Shown here: positions 1 to 12,482 of the stretch, one piece after another | How the letters are laid out: the number at the start of each line of letters is the position of its first letter | How positions within the stretch are numbered: position 1 is the stretch's first letter | NCBI RefSeq assembly: GCF_000143415.4 | Contig: NW_003314280.1 | Coordinates: forward strand, 310,001 to 374,000 | Direction: 5' to 3' | Origin: Selaginella moellendorffii | Lineage: Eukaryota > Plantae > Lycopodiophyta | Length of the DNA stretch: 64,000 nucleotides | Program-made: the position numbers and the translations under genes | Notes under the pieces: generated by a model | Databases searched by the model: none | What the model saw: only the letters and a program-made list of their open reading frames with translations | Told to the model about the DNA's origin: nothing

Positions 1-2226
1 CAGGGAGACAAGCTTCAATGCGCTGGAGAACCAAGTAGTGGGGAGCAGGCAGACGATCGTCAGTCAGTGACAACTTTCATCATATGTGCAGCTCAAATGA
101 AGACTCTCCAGAAAATGGCAAGGGGTGACTATCAGAAGGCTATCTCTTCGTTGGATAGTAACAAGTTATTCTTGCACAAGAAGGGTGGTAAAAAGGCTGT
201 GACGAGGGAAGAGGACGACGAAGGTGCGAAGCGAGTGAGGGAACTCGCAAGATTTGGGTGCCTAAAACTTGTGGTCACAACGGATTTTGTAGATTTGACG
301 AAGTTCCAGCCAAAGGCTAAGCAACATCCAGCAAAGTTGAGGAAGTTGAACACTGCACATTGTCAACAAGACTGTGTTCCAGGAGATGTTCCAGCGTTAC
401 TCGGGGTTATTGATAGTACAAACATTTGCATGTTTGTTGAGCGATGGTTGATTGAGAGTGTCAAGATTTGTAAGGATTCTCACTGAATAAAAATCTCTCT
501 TAGTGGTTTTTATAAACTATTTAGTATTTTAAAGAACTCCGTTCTGAAAAGCTGCTTTTCACTCTAGAGCCAATGCCAGGAAGCTGCTCATCTCATGAGA
601 TGTCCACTTCAATGAAACTTCATGATATCCTCGTCCAATTCCACTACTCCTTTGTCAAGGCTGCCACCTTGTTCCAGTCTTCCAGCAATAGCCTATTGTA
701 CCACTGTCAGCTCTTGCTTTGCTCGGGCCTCCAGCCTTGCTAAATCCAGTCTATTGTGCTTGATTCAAGTCAGCACTACACCTGAATGACCTGCTCCCAC
801 AAGAAGTGGACTTGAAGGATCTGCAGTAAGAAGTGGAAAAAACAATGTCTCATATGTTGTGCCAAGTGAAAAACATTGTCAAGGTCATTTTCAGACTTGC
901 CTGAGTAGAATGCAACTACTCCTTCCACCAAGGGCAAGCACAAGGACAGATCCAGACTTTTCTCACAGCATACTTGAGAGTCTTGTCCAGACTCCACTTG
1001 CTAGAGTGGAAATTCATTGACACTGAAGAGTCTTCTACCAGGGGAAAATGAAAAGCTGCTTTTGAGGAGGTTGTCAAGAACAAGACGATCACTTTGGTGA
1101 AACAAGCGAGGTTGCAAAACAATAATTACAGGTGAGAGATCAAACCCTAGTTGAGCTCCCATTCAAATTGCTATTGTGATCCTTTTTGTATTAGTCTTTA
1201 AGGACATTGAGAATGTATATATGAACTACATTTACTCAATCTCATCCACACCAACACGACAACAGCACACGAAGTATGAAGATTGCAATACTGATAAACA
1301 CACAAAAACCCTAAACCTTAAATAGGTGATAGCAGATGCACTCCCTAATGAGCACATGTTGGAGATGCTGCTTGAACTTCAGATTGCTGGCTAAGCTCCC
1401 CTTGTGAGATTGATAGACTCAAGGTATGAAATAGGCCTCACCACTGTGGTCAATTATCAGTCAACAACCAAAAATTAAAATATTCTTTCACTGTCAGAAT
1501 ATTGACCAAGTTAACATGGCATATACCATTGTGTTGTGCTTTTTGGTCGTGAACATGTGATTTTATCCACACACAATGCTTTGGAAACCATGACTTTAGC
1601 TTGGAACAAGTGAAATTGTGAAAATCCCTCTATGCTAGTATATGGCAGGACTACATAGTTCTCAATTATAAAATCTCTTAATAAGAATTTATAAATCTTA
1701 ACTAACTGTCAAACTTCTTTTATAATATTGTTAAAAACATTTAATTATATTTTATACACTAATAGTATAATTAATAAATTTTCTGTGAAAAAAGTTTTTG
1801 TCTTACATGATTTGTTTTACATTTTATTTTTATAATTGAAACCTTGATCTAGAATGGTTGTATAAATACACTTTGAACTCATACCAACCAATTTATTATT
1901 TTTGTTTGAGAGTTAGCTTAGCTGGGCTATAATGTTTGTTGTAATTAGTAGTTGATTGTATTAAAGTGTATATCTTCTGTTTTGTTTAATAAACTTTTAT
2001 ATCAGGCAATTTTGCAATTCATATTTAATAGTGGTTTAAGTTTTAGAATTTTAAGAAAATTATTTTGGTTTAGGTTATGATCACTATGTTTTTTTCTCTT
2101 TATCAATGAAGTTATTATTGGAATAGACTCTAATTGCCCTCACCGAAAATGTAGGGTTCTATTGGAATAGGACGCTTCAGGTGGGTTTACCTTTTTCCGC
2201 GGTTTTATAACCATCGCTCTCTGTAA

Positions 2227-3057
2227 ATGAAGGGATACGACAGCAGCATGGGAGAGTTTGATGCTCTGGGCGATGATCTAGTGCTCGACATCTTGTCTCG
2301 CCTCAAGCCAGCAGATATAATCCTTAAAGCCGGGCGCGTCTGCAAGCAATGGCGTCGCCTTGCACGCTCGCAGGAGCTCAGGGAGCTTGTGGCTCGCAGG
2401 ACCGCTGGAGATCCAGATCCAGATCCAGAGCCGTGGTTTGTGCTACAGCGTGGCCACCGCTTGCTCTTGTATCCTTCACTGGAAGCTCTTTTCACCAATC
2501 AGGGCTGGGGTGAGCTTGATCATGGCTCCTTCTCCGTCGGTCCGCCGGGACACAGGTTTATTCTCCTGGCGTGCGCGCTGGGGCTTGTGTGTGGGAGGCT
2601 GGAGGATCTGGACGAGGCTGGCGGCGAGGCCATGACTTTAGCTGTTGGAAATCCACTGACGAATGCGTGGAGATTTCTTCCCCGGATTCATGTCAAGGAG
2701 AAGCCGCGCAGATACTTTATTAGGGTCAAGAGATCGGGGCATTACCATGTGATGTTGGAATTTGAGGGGTTCGGCCTGGATTATCATTCAAAGTCGAAGG
2801 ATTGGGAAGCTTGTCCTCGTCGTGCAAAGCGAAGGAAGCTATCCTTTATTGGGTCGAGGAAAGACGGGCTTGAAGACAGGCTTGAAGGCAGGTTTGCATT
2901 GCGAGTGAGGAGACGCTCAAGGAGCAGATTGAATATCTGCTTGGGGGATGACGGATATATGATTTATTACTGGGGTCTAATTGGCGAGAAAATGATTTTT
3001 ATGGAGGAAGTAAGCGACATAACCTTTGCGTTCGTTCCTTCGTTAGCAGTGCCATGA
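2227..3057 (+). CDS. F-box protein (intronless, lineage-expanded type)
   Basis: N-terminal F-box signature LGDDLVLDILSRL...GRVCKQWRRL, followed by an F-box-associated/kelch-like segment LAVGNPLTNAWRFLP. Confidence 0.8.
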   Translation: MKGYDSSMGEFDALGDDLVLDILSRLKPADIILKAGRVCKQWRRLARSQELRELVARRTAGDPDPDPEPWFVLQRGHRLLLYPSLEALFTNQGWGELDHGSFSVGPPGHRFILLACALGLVCGRLEDLDEAGGEAMTLAVGNPLTNAWRFLPRIHVKEKPRRYFIRVKRSGHYHVMLEFEGFGLDYHSKSKDWEACPRRAKRRKLSFIGSRKDGLEDRLEGRFALRVRRRSRSRLNICLGDDGYMIYYWGLIGEKMIFMEEVSDITFAFVPSLAVP

Positions 3058-4104
3058 CACAGATTTATATCCGACCATTGTTTAAAAAAAACGAAAAAGA
3101 AGGAATGAGGAGATGTAGCTATGCTTTCCGATGAATTTGTGAGTAGCGTTGTTGACGCTTGGCCGCACAAGATCGGATGGTGGCGTCAACTTGATAACCA
3201 AAGAGCAGAAGTCGAGTTGGCAATGTTAGAGGATGAATAATCCCACATATCTGCCTATGGTTTACAAGAGAAATTTTTTAAAGAAGAACAGAGTTTCTAG
3301 CTTTTAGACCATCTGTGTGATGTTTGGCAAAATGGAATTGATCCATGAGGCCCACGCATTGTGGAGTTGGGTTCCTGACCGGTCCAGTTATTGCAGATTT
3401 GTTTGTAGACTGTTTTTCTTCCAAGATCACGAGGAAAAATCCGACCTTTGGACAAGGAAAGGTAATCGAAGGAGAGACCATGCCATCTTCCGGCAGAAAT
3501 GTAATCACGATTGAAAGTTTTTGGAACATAACCTTGTCAATCCATAGTTCTTTCAGGCTATCTACATTTTATATTTGTATCGTTCAATACATTCCCCACG
3601 CTCGCGTATTTTTGCGAAGGGTTTAGGGTTGGCTGTGGAGGAGGCGGGCAGTGGCGCAATGTCCTCCACTGGAGCACTGTTTGATGCGCTGTAAGATTCT
3701 TTTGCTCCATTGCAAGATTCTTTTGCTCCATTGCTTGCTTCTTTATCTTTTCCCCGGATTAGTGCTTGAAATTGTTGCTTCGGCCCAGCTTTGTGATGCT
3801 TTGACCCTTTCATTTTCTTCACCAAGTTCTTGTTTGGAGGTTATGGTGTAGTCTAGATTAGCTTATGTTGATGTGAGTGCCCTGGAGATAGGATGGCTCC
3901 TGGATTTGTGCTCCACTGAAACTTGTGGTGCAGATGTTTAATCCAAAATTCTAGACAACCTCGCCATGATTCTGTGGTGAGCTCGAGTGCCATTTGGAAA
4001 TATCAGGAGCTGCGGAGTAAGCTGGCTTATATATCTCGCAAGCCCTCTATTCTCGGGTCGATTTTCGGGGAAGAGCTTCTTCGCATTTCTCGACGCTTGG
4101 CGAG

Positions 4105-7043
4105 ATGAGCTTCGTGGCCGTTCCACGGCCTTCCTCGGTGAGCTTTACAGGCCAGGCTCTGGACTGCGTACTGTGCCACAAGGGAGTGTCCTCTTTATCC
4201 ATCCAGGCAGACAAATCCAGGAGCTCACTTCACAAGAGACTTGCGGTGGAGACGAATGTTGTCACTCGAAACGATGCGGGCGTTGTCTCTACAGCCAAAC
4301 CGGAGGAGAAGTTTCCGGTGGAGGAAAAGGAGGAGAATTTTCCTCAAAGCCAACAGCAGGTTCCGACACTTCTCATAGCAGGAGGTGGAATTGGAGGCCT
4401 GGTCCTCGCCTTGGCGTCTAAAAACCAAGGCCTGGATGTGAAAGTTTTCGAGAGAGACCTCAGTGCCATCCGAGGTGAAGGTCAATACAGAGGGCCCATT
4501 CAAATCCAAAGCAACGCTCTGGCCGCGCTCGAGGCTGTCGATTCTGCTGTCGCGGACGAGATAATGGAGAATGGCTGTATTACTGGAGACAGAGTTAATG
4601 GGCTTGTCGATGGACTTACAGGAACTTGGTATGTTTTTAAAGTTTTTTCCTTTGTCTTGAACGTGATTTCTTTCCATGCACAGGTATTCCAAGTTTGATA
4701 CTTTTACGCCGGCCGCGGAGAACGGTCTGCCCGTTACTCGTGTCATCAGTAGAATGAAGCTTCAAGAAATCTTAGCTCGAGCTGTCGGTCCCGAGCTGAT
4801 TGAGAACAATGCAAACGTTGTGGAGTTCAAAGACGACGGATCAAAGGTATTCGCTTCTTGTCCACGAGAGAAGATATTCTTGATCTCAAGACTAGGATCT
4901 GATTTCCGCAGGTGACAGTGAAGTTGGAAGACGGGCGATACTACGAAGGAGACGTTTTGATAGGTGCAGATGGAATAAGATCAAAGGTAAGAAGGAAAGT
5001 GCGTTGCTTTCACTGGTGCTTTATTGTTGTTGAGGTTCCAGGTTCGCGAACAGCTTCTCGGCTTTCAGGAGCCAACGTACTCTGGATACACTTGCTACAC
5101 AGGAATTGCGGATTTTATTCCTCCAGACATCGACACCGTCGGGTAAGTTTCGTTTCATAGGAATGCTTCGCAGGATTTCTTCTAACTGGTCGATCTCTCA
5201 TTTTCTTTTTCTTTGTAGATACCGCGTTTTTCTAGGACACAGGCAATACTTTGTTTCGTCGGACGTGGGATATGGAAAAATGCAATGGTATGGATTTTTT
5301 AAGGAGCCAGCGGGTGGCACTGACCCTCCCGGAAGTGAGTTGTATGCAAAAAGCTATGGCGGCGATCAACTAACAGCCGCTATGGACTGTAGAACGGAAG
5401 GAAAGGCTGCTCAAACTTTTCGGCGACTGGTGCGACGGAGTTGTGGACCTGCTGCTCGCTACTCCGGAGGAGCAAATTTTGCGCCGGGATATTTATGATC
5501 GCGTTCCCATACTCAACTGGAGCAAAGGCCGTGTTACTTTACTTGGAGACGCCGCCCATGCCATGCAACCAAACATGGGCCAAGGAGGTTGCATGGCGAT
5601 TGAGGTAACTTTGGAAAAGTTTCCTTCATTTGCTTCACGAACGCATTGTAAACTTGCAGGATGGATACCAACTTGCGTTGGAGATAATCAAGGCATTCAA
5701 GGAGAGTGCCAACGAGAATAAATTCGTCGACTTTTCACGAGTTCTGCAAAGGTGAAAGTTGGGGAACTCCCATTCCCAGTGGCTGATGCTTTTCCTGTTC
5801 TTCCTTTTTTTTTCCGCAGTTATGAGAGCCAAAGGAGGCTGCGAGTGGGTGCCATACATGGGATGGCACGAATGGCTGCAGTAATGGCTACTACATACAA
5901 GCCATATCTTGGCGTAGGACTCGGGCCTTTATCGGTATAGCGTTTGTGATTTTCCCGGCTGACAATGCGGACTTAACAACCAGCTCTTCTCCTTTGGCAG
6001 TTCATAAAGAAACTTAGGATTCCACATCCAGGCAGGGTTTTCGGAAGATTTTTTGTCAATATAGCAATGCCGATGATGCTTAGCTGGGTGCTTGGCGGCA
6101 ACAGGTTTTTTTTATCTTGCTGTGTCTTTCGTTGCATAAGATAGTTATAAACTGTGCTGTCGCAGTGCTGCTTTGGAAGGCCGAACGCCCTCATGTAGAT
6201 TAACTGACAAGGTTGGTTTGTCTGTTTTCTCGTTGGTTTTCTATTGATTTTGTTACATTTCTTCTACAGGCTAGCGATAAACTCCCGGAATGGCTCAGGA
6301 ATGACGATGCTCTAGAGCGTGCTACTTCAGCAGAGTGAGCATGGCCAATTTTTGTTTCTTACGGAGTAAAGCATTAATATACAGGTGGTACCTCGTACCT
6401 GATGGTGAGCAAATGCCATTTCAAGGAGACATAACGGCATCGGGGAAGAAGCTCTTCAGACTTGAGCAGGGACTTTCGAACATCATTGGGTAATTACTTC
6501 TTACATTCTCTTGGAGCCTCTTCTCTCTGACTCAGTCCGGCTTATATTTTAGCAGGAGAATGCCAGCCAACAAGGAAGGAAATGTTTTCGTGATAGATAG
6601 CTCTCAGGTACTTTGCAATTGTTTTAGTTCTTCCAGAGAATCTCGAATACAGGTTGCGGATAAGCACGCCGAGATAACGTTCGTAAATGGGGCGGTTTTC
6701 CTCACGGACTTTGGCAGCGGTAAAGGCACCTGGATCACAAAGTAAGTAGGCACGTCCTCGCTCGTTTTCTTAACCGAGTTTGTGAGCTTTTACGCAGCGT
6801 TAATGGTGGTCGTTACAAAGCTCCACATCACGTCCCCGTTCGGCTTCACGCAGGAGAATTACTGGAATTTGGAGAAGGCAAAGAGGTAATAAACAGCAAA
6901 CCTCGTTTCATTTATCATCCAGTCTTATGTGATCTCTCTTCTTGGATTTCAAGGCGGCCTTTGGAATCAAGCAGAGAAAAGAGTCCATGCCAAGCGTTGC
7001 CAGATCGAAAACACCACCAGGGATGGCTCTTGCGGTGACCTGA
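4105..7043 (+). CDS. ZEP: Zeaxanthin epoxidase, chloroplastic (multi-exon)
   Basis: Transit-peptide-like N-terminus; FAD-binding IAGGGIGGL; GEGQYRGPIQIQSNALAALE; GDAAHAMQPNMGQGGCMAIE; C-terminal FHA-like exons (HAEITFVNGAVFLTDFGSGKGTWIT); GT-AG introns; stop TGA at 7041-7043. Confidence 0.95.
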
Positions 7044-7871
7044 TGAAAGATGTGAAAAACGCAACGTAAAGAGCGTTTTCTTTCGTTTCTTCATCATTTT
7101 TAATCTGTGAGCCAGGGAAAAGCTCTATAGCAAACTTGTCGTGGATGGGAACAGCCGTATCAAATATCTCGAGCAGTACTGGGTACATTTGCGCTGCTAT
7201 TTGATGACTTTGGTTCGCCTTTTTGGTACTCTAGCTATTCTTCTCGCAGGCATTGAAAGAGACAACGGCGAGAACCCGAGAAGAAGAGAAGAAAAATGGA
7301 GCAGTGCATGGACAGCGCGAGATAATCGCTGGACGTGAAAGGCGCCGAGCTTCCGTCTTACTAAAATACTTCGTACAATCGGAAAGCAAAGGTGGCGGAC
7401 GTTGTTGACTTTGAATGCCAGTCTTGTTTAAGTCTTTCCAGCTAAAAAAAATTCCAAGGTTTGATCTTAAAATTTTGCGAAGCCGGCCAATATCTAACAA
7501 CACTACAAAGCTCAAGTCAATGGAATCTAGCGAAACAGTAGGCAGCGGCGAGTAGAGAATATTCTGCCAGCCGCACTGGGTTCGATTCTCCTCTCTCTCA
7601 CTTTTTCTTCCTTTTAATACTTATAGGTTACATTTCTTTTCTCTTCGTCCTCCCATCATGCGCTATGGTGATTGCGCGTGAAAGGAGGCTTCTTTGTTTC
7701 TTTCCATTCTTTCTTCCTGGCTCCAAATCCACAGAGCGATCGCGATCGCTAGCTTCTAGGATCGCTGGTCGGTTGATTCTTGCGATTTTTTTTGTCACGC
7801 TCTCGTGCGCGCGCGCATGATCGCCCAATTCTCCCCTCTTCTCTTCTGTGAGACCTATCTATAGGATCGTC

Positions 7872-9767
7872 ATGGCGGATCTAGAGCACAAGATCAATCC
7901 TCGCGCGCACAGGGCGGGGCTGCGAAGACTCTCCGAGAGGGCCAACGCATTCTCCGAGAGGATCTCCGCCTCTTCTTCCTGTTCTTCCTCCTCCTCCGCG
8001 GGATCATCCCTCTCTTGCGACTCCATCGCCCAATTCGGGAAGCAGCTCGCCGATCACCTGCGCGCCAGCGGCATCCCTCTCGCGCCGGGCCTGTCCGACC
8101 ACGAATTCGAGCGAATCGAGGCGTTGCAAGGCTTCTCCTTCCCTCCGGATCTCCGCGCGCTGCTCGCCCACGGCGTCCCCTCCGGCGCTGGCTTCCCCGA
8201 CTGGCGATCGGCGTCGCCCGCCACGCTCGCGCGCTGGATTGGTATCCCGGGCGCCGCGATTGGCCACCGGGTGGAGCGATCGGGTCTCTGGCGCGGCGGT
8301 AGTCCGCGCGGTACGCTGCCGCATGCCGCGCGTCGCACCGCGCGGTACCGGTTTCAAACGAGCCCGGTTATGGTGCCCGTCTTTGGCCTCTTCTTCCTTC
8401 CCGCGTCGCCGGCTCGCGCTGGAAATCCCCTCTTTCTCGTCCACAATGGCGCGATCGTGTGCTGCGGCGGTGGAATCGGCGAGTTCGTGCACATGGCATT
8501 CCTGGGTCTCGACGAGAATCGCAATGGCGGCGCGGATGATCGAGAGGAGGGCGAGGGCGAGTTCCCGTTCGCGATCGAGGAGGAATTCGAGGAGGAAGAG
8601 GAAGAGCCAGATCGGCGGCGGTGGTCGACGAGCTTCGTGGAGAATCGCTGGCCCATGAGGTCGATGCTCTTCCTCGAGGAGCGATCGAAGTCTCTTCCGG
8701 CTGGGTGCCGCGAGGCAGCGGCGGCGGCGATTGAGGGCCGCGAATTCGAGTCCTGGGGGAGGAATCTGGACGCCCTTGCCACGACGCTGGGAACGAGGAA
8801 GAAGAAGAACAGGGCCGAAAAGATTCCCCAAGAAGATTCTCCTTCTCCTTCCTTGGGGCAGCAGAGGACGAGCTTCGCATGCTATGGATCATCATCGCGG
8901 GCCAAAATCTACGAATTGGGCGGCAGCAAATCGATGCCAGGAGCGCGTTTGAATCGGATCATCACCAGGAATTTGGCAGCTTTGCCCAGGAATCATTACC
9001 CTCCTCCATCGACCGCCGGGAGCTCTTCGTGCTCGTCCCCTGTTGCCAGGGCCGGCGGCGGCGTGAGGAGGATCGAGTTCTGGAGCGATGTCGCGGACAG
9101 GATGATCAAGCAATCGACGAAAGAGGAAGAAGAATCCTTCGCGCTTTCGATGTGCCTCGCCCCCATCGCTTCTTCCAACTCCTCCTCTTCGTCTAGCAGC
9201 TCGGGCCACCACCATCACCGGCGGACCGTGTCCTTCTCGGCAGCTATCGATCGAGCTGTGGATGTGAATTCTTCTTCTTCGGCGACAGAAGCCAAGCGAT
9301 CGGCAGCAATTCCCGAGAAGATCGCGATCACCTCTCCAAGGTCAGCGGTGAAAACGTCGATCGCCACGAAGAAGTGGGATTTTCCAGGGGATCGCGCGGG
9401 ACCCATGTCGATTCCTGCCGCGCCGGAAGCGAGCAGCAGCTGGAAGAAATCATCTGGCGACGGCGATGGCGATGGATCTCAGCTGGTGGCGAGCTTGCTC
9501 GAGGATGTGGCCGCGCGGCTGAGGAGCGCTGGGTGGCGCGAGGAGGAGGTGCTGGAGATGGTGGAGGGGGCGTCGCCAAAGTCGGTGCTGGACAGCGTCA
9601 AGACGAGCAGCTCCAAAAAGGAGGAAGAACAGCACCACCACCGGCAAAATGGATCCACCAAGACTTTGGATTCGATGCTTCTGTCAAGTTCGCTCAAGGC
9701 TGCGGGATTTAGCGCGCAGGAGGTGTCGGACGCGCTGTGCTTCGATCTGGGAGTGGAGTGTCGCTGA
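7872..9767 (+). CDS. Plant SMI1/KNR4 (SUKH)-like domain protein, intronless
   Basis: AHRAGLRRLS N-terminal motif, PGLSDHEFERIEALQGFSFPPDLRALL...GFPDWRS, RRIEFWSD and LRSAGWREEEVLEM match a conserved uncharacterised plant family. Confidence 0.75.
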   Translation: MADLEHKINPRAHRAGLRRLSERANAFSERISASSSCSSSSSAGSSLSCDSIAQFGKQLADHLRASGIPLAPGLSDHEFERIEALQGFSFPPDLRALLAHGVPSGAGFPDWRSASPATLARWIGIPGAAIGHRVERSGLWRGGSPRGTLPHAARRTARYRFQTSPVMVPVFGLFFLPASPARAGNPLFLVHNGAIVCCGGGIGEFVHMAFLGLDENRNGGADDREEGEGEFPFAIEEEFEEEEEEPDRRRWSTSFVENRWPMRSMLFLEERSKSLPAGCREAAAAAIEGREFESWGRNLDALATTLGTRKKKNRAEKIPQEDSPSPSLGQQRTSFACYGSSSRAKIYELGGSKSMPGARLNRIITRNLAALPRNHYPPPSTAGSSSCSSPVARAGGGVRRIEFWSDVADRMIKQSTKEEEESFALSMCLAPIASSNSSSSSSSSGHHHHRRTVSFSAAIDRAVDVNSSSSATEAKRSAAIPEKIAITSPRSAVKTSIATKKWDFPGDRAGPMSIPAAPEASSSWKKSSGDGDGDGSQLVASLLEDVAARLRSAGWREEEVLEMVEGASPKSVLDSVKTSSSKKEEEQHHHRQNGSTKTLDSMLLSSSLKAAGFSAQEVSDALCFDLGVECR

Positions 9768-11085
9768 AACAAAAAAAGAAAAGAAAAACCAGAGAGTTCT
9801 AAGAAAGAAAAACGAGAGACTGTAGTGTAGGTACCTTCAACCTCGGAAGGGTCTCGGTGAGAGCTGCCAGTTTTTTCTCGCTCGATTCCTTCACGGACAA
9901 AAAGCATGATGTAAGAACATGCGATCAGAAGAAAACGAAAAATAAAAAGAAAAACGAAAGCTTACGTTTAGAGTAAATCCACCACCTTGTTGATTCTTTC
10001 GGTGGATCTTCCTCCGTTTTGTCTGTGTGTTTTTGCTTCTTTTCCTTTTTTCTCGTCCTATGTGTAGTGTAAGTGTTCCAGAGCGAAAGAGCGCTTGGAT
10101 CCAAGCGAGTGTGTCCAAATACTTTTCTCCTGTTGTTGAGCTTGGCAGAGCATTTATCCAAATCGCTGCTGCTGTTGCTGTTCACGGCCCTCCAGACTGC
10201 TGCTTAAAATCCCAGTGCTTCAGATTCCTGGTGTTTAGTTTGGAGCATTTTGGCTGTGTCGCTTAGCGCCGAAGTATTTCATCTCGGATGATTCTCTGTG
10301 GGCGTCGTCGAGAGATGGCCGAAAGAGCGTGGGGAATTTCCTGTAAGAGTTAGACAGGACATAGCTAGCAATCAGGAGAACAGGGAGTAAAGGAAGAAAA
10401 GAGAAATCACCCTCTTTGCGAAGCAAGATGAAAAAACATCGCTGTATAATTAAAGCTGCCGCAACAAACTCACAGTACTCCACCCCAAGACACACAAAAC
10501 GCGTGAAACACCTATCCCTCCACATGCTGCTGGTGAGCGAAACAAGCAAACAGGCAGGCTAGCCCTTCGGTTAAACTTCAGGCTTCTCAGGCTTGACACG
10601 ATCACGGACGACTCGACTCGGACTCTCTTGCTGACTTCCAACACGGAGGACTAGCGCAAAAGTCATAGATACCTGGATTTATATATACAAGACGTACATG
10701 TGGGAGGAGCGGCGAAGAGCGTCGAAGGTTCTAAACAACTTGTGCTCGCGGTCGTGTCCCTGAGTGAAAGGAAAGGAAAGCAAACAGCCTTGAATGGCGG
10801 TGAGAAAGATCAGCTACGAAAAGAAAAAAGATCACAGAAACTTACAACGTCCGAGAAGTCCGAGAAGTCGCTGTTTGTGTCCACACGACATGAGATGCGC
10901 TTGTTGGGAGTTTTGTTACTGCTGGTGTTGATAGAGTAGTCACTAAGGAGACGTGAAGAGGCGGAGTTCTTGCGTAGATGGATGGATCAGCTGCTCTAGT
11001 TTCCTGTCAATGGACCTATAGCTAAAAACCCGAAAGCTCCTTCTGTACCGTAGAGGACTACGTTGGCGGCTGGGGCAGCGTCAAA

Positions 11086-11967
11086 TCAAGTCGCCACTTG
11101 CTGGTCCAGATTGAGGATCCTTTTGAGGTCTTTGGTGGCAAATGCGGCGTCCCAGCAGTTGCATGGCGCTTGCGGCGATGGCGACGTCAAGTTACTGCCC
11201 GCAACGTCGATATCTTCCGAGGGCGATCCGCCACTGTTGCTGAAGGCCACCTCCATCGAGAGAGATCGCACGGGAACCGAGAACTTTGGAAATGGCAGTG
11301 AGCTTGGGGGTGGGGACTTTGAGTAGGCCGGACCAGCCCACTTCTCGTCCTCAACCTCTGCTTTTGCAGCCCGGTTCTTCGCATCGATCGGCGAGCTCAA
11401 AGATCTGTTGAGGCAAGGCGCGACGTTGGCAGCACCGCAAGCTACTTGTTGCTTCCTGTAAGATCCCATCGCCTTGTCATACCTTGTGGACGTAGAAAAC
11501 GCCTTCTTTGAGCCACTTACGAGCTTCTTCGTCTCTGTGTTACCGTTGGCCTTGACTATAGTCACCTCGACACTGTTCTCTTCGTCCGTGGCAGTGTGGA
11601 TCTTCCGGTTCCGCTGGGAAGTTCCAGTCAGAGCGTTGTTCCTATCGTGTTGCTGTTGGGCAGCTCCAGGGAAATCGGCCTTTGCTCCCGTACTGGCGGA
11701 AGAAGGGTGGTGAAACAAACTGGATGGGAGGGACGAAGAGCGAGACAAAACAGTAACTGGCGGCGTCGCTGGAAGAGGTTGCGGCTGGCGCTCATAGCGG
11801 TGGAAGCAATGCGGAGACCATGGGGCGTGGCAAGGATGAGGAGGCGGCGGAGAAGAAGACCACTGGATGAGCGAGGATGGATCCCTCGTCTTCCTCGACC
11901 TGGAAAGGATTTGGCTTACCCCAGACATGGAACGATCATCCTCTGGCGCCCGGAGGAGGAATTCCAT
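11086..11967 (-). CDS. Protein with proline-rich nuclear receptor coactivator (PNRC/Edc1-like) motif
   Basis: WAGPAYSKSPPPSSLPFPKF motif and C-terminal ATKDLKRILNLD; otherwise low complexity. Confidence 0.7.
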   Translation of the reverse strand: MEFLLRAPEDDRSMSGVSQILSRSRKTRDPSSLIQWSSSPPPPHPCHAPWSPHCFHRYERQPQPLPATPPVTVLSRSSSLPSSLFHHPSSASTGAKADFPGAAQQQHDRNNALTGTSQRNRKIHTATDEENSVEVTIVKANGNTETKKLVSGSKKAFSTSTRYDKAMGSYRKQQVACGAANVAPCLNRSLSSPIDAKNRAAKAEVEDEKWAGPAYSKSPPPSSLPFPKFSVPVRSLSMEVAFSNSGGSPSEDIDVAGSNLTSPSPQAPCNCWDAAFATKDLKRILNLDQQVAT

Positions 11968-12425
11968 GGAATCGCGACATGCGGGTGAAGCGCGCTCGAG
12001 CGATGAGGGATTTCGGAGAAAGAATGCGGCACTGGCAAAGATTGCGAAGGAGGAGGCCGACTATCGCAAGAATCGCGAGGACGAGCGCGAGGAGAGATCG
12101 AAATGCGGCACCTGTGATTACGAGGACGCGCGGTGAATCGGCGCCTTCGATCGATCGCCCCGTCTGTCCGCCCTGCCTGGCTGCCCTAGTTCTAGACAAA
12201 GAAGATGAAGCAAAAGAGTGATTTTGGCCGGTAACTTTACCAAAGGCCTTCGCTTCCCCAGCGGGTAAAATTACGTTTACGCGAATCCCAGTCAGCATCA
12301 CTTTGCAACATATCTCCATGCATCACTTGCCAATATGATTGGAGGAATCTCTCTCTCGTCTCTTTCACATTTTACTCTTTCCTACCCCGCATTTTAAACT
12401 TTCCCAGAGAATTAGGGCTCTTATT

Positions 12426-12434
12426 TTAGGGTTT
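12426..12434. promoter_or_regulatory. Telo-box (AAACCCTAA, here as TTAGGGTTT) upstream of ADA2
   Basis: Exact motif ~50 bp before the ADA2 ATG. The same motif occurs at 16904-16912 (before GRIP), 37235-37243 (before ISY1) and 52898-52906. Confidence 0.5.
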
Positions 12435-12482
12435 TTGTATGGGGAGATCGCGCGCGGCATCTGCGGTCGAGGACGAGGCCGG

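Noticed and set aside
1-1120. Convergent ORF fragments at the window start
   Set aside because: No recognisable domain and broken frames; possibly TE relics but not supportable.
3278-3851. Short ORFs upstream of ZEP, including a 21-bp tandem duplication (~3693-3734)
   Set aside because: No family similarity or convincing gene structure.
8004-9712. Many overlapping ORFs within the SMI1/KNR4-like gene
   Set aside because: Expected by chance in GC-rich coding DNA.
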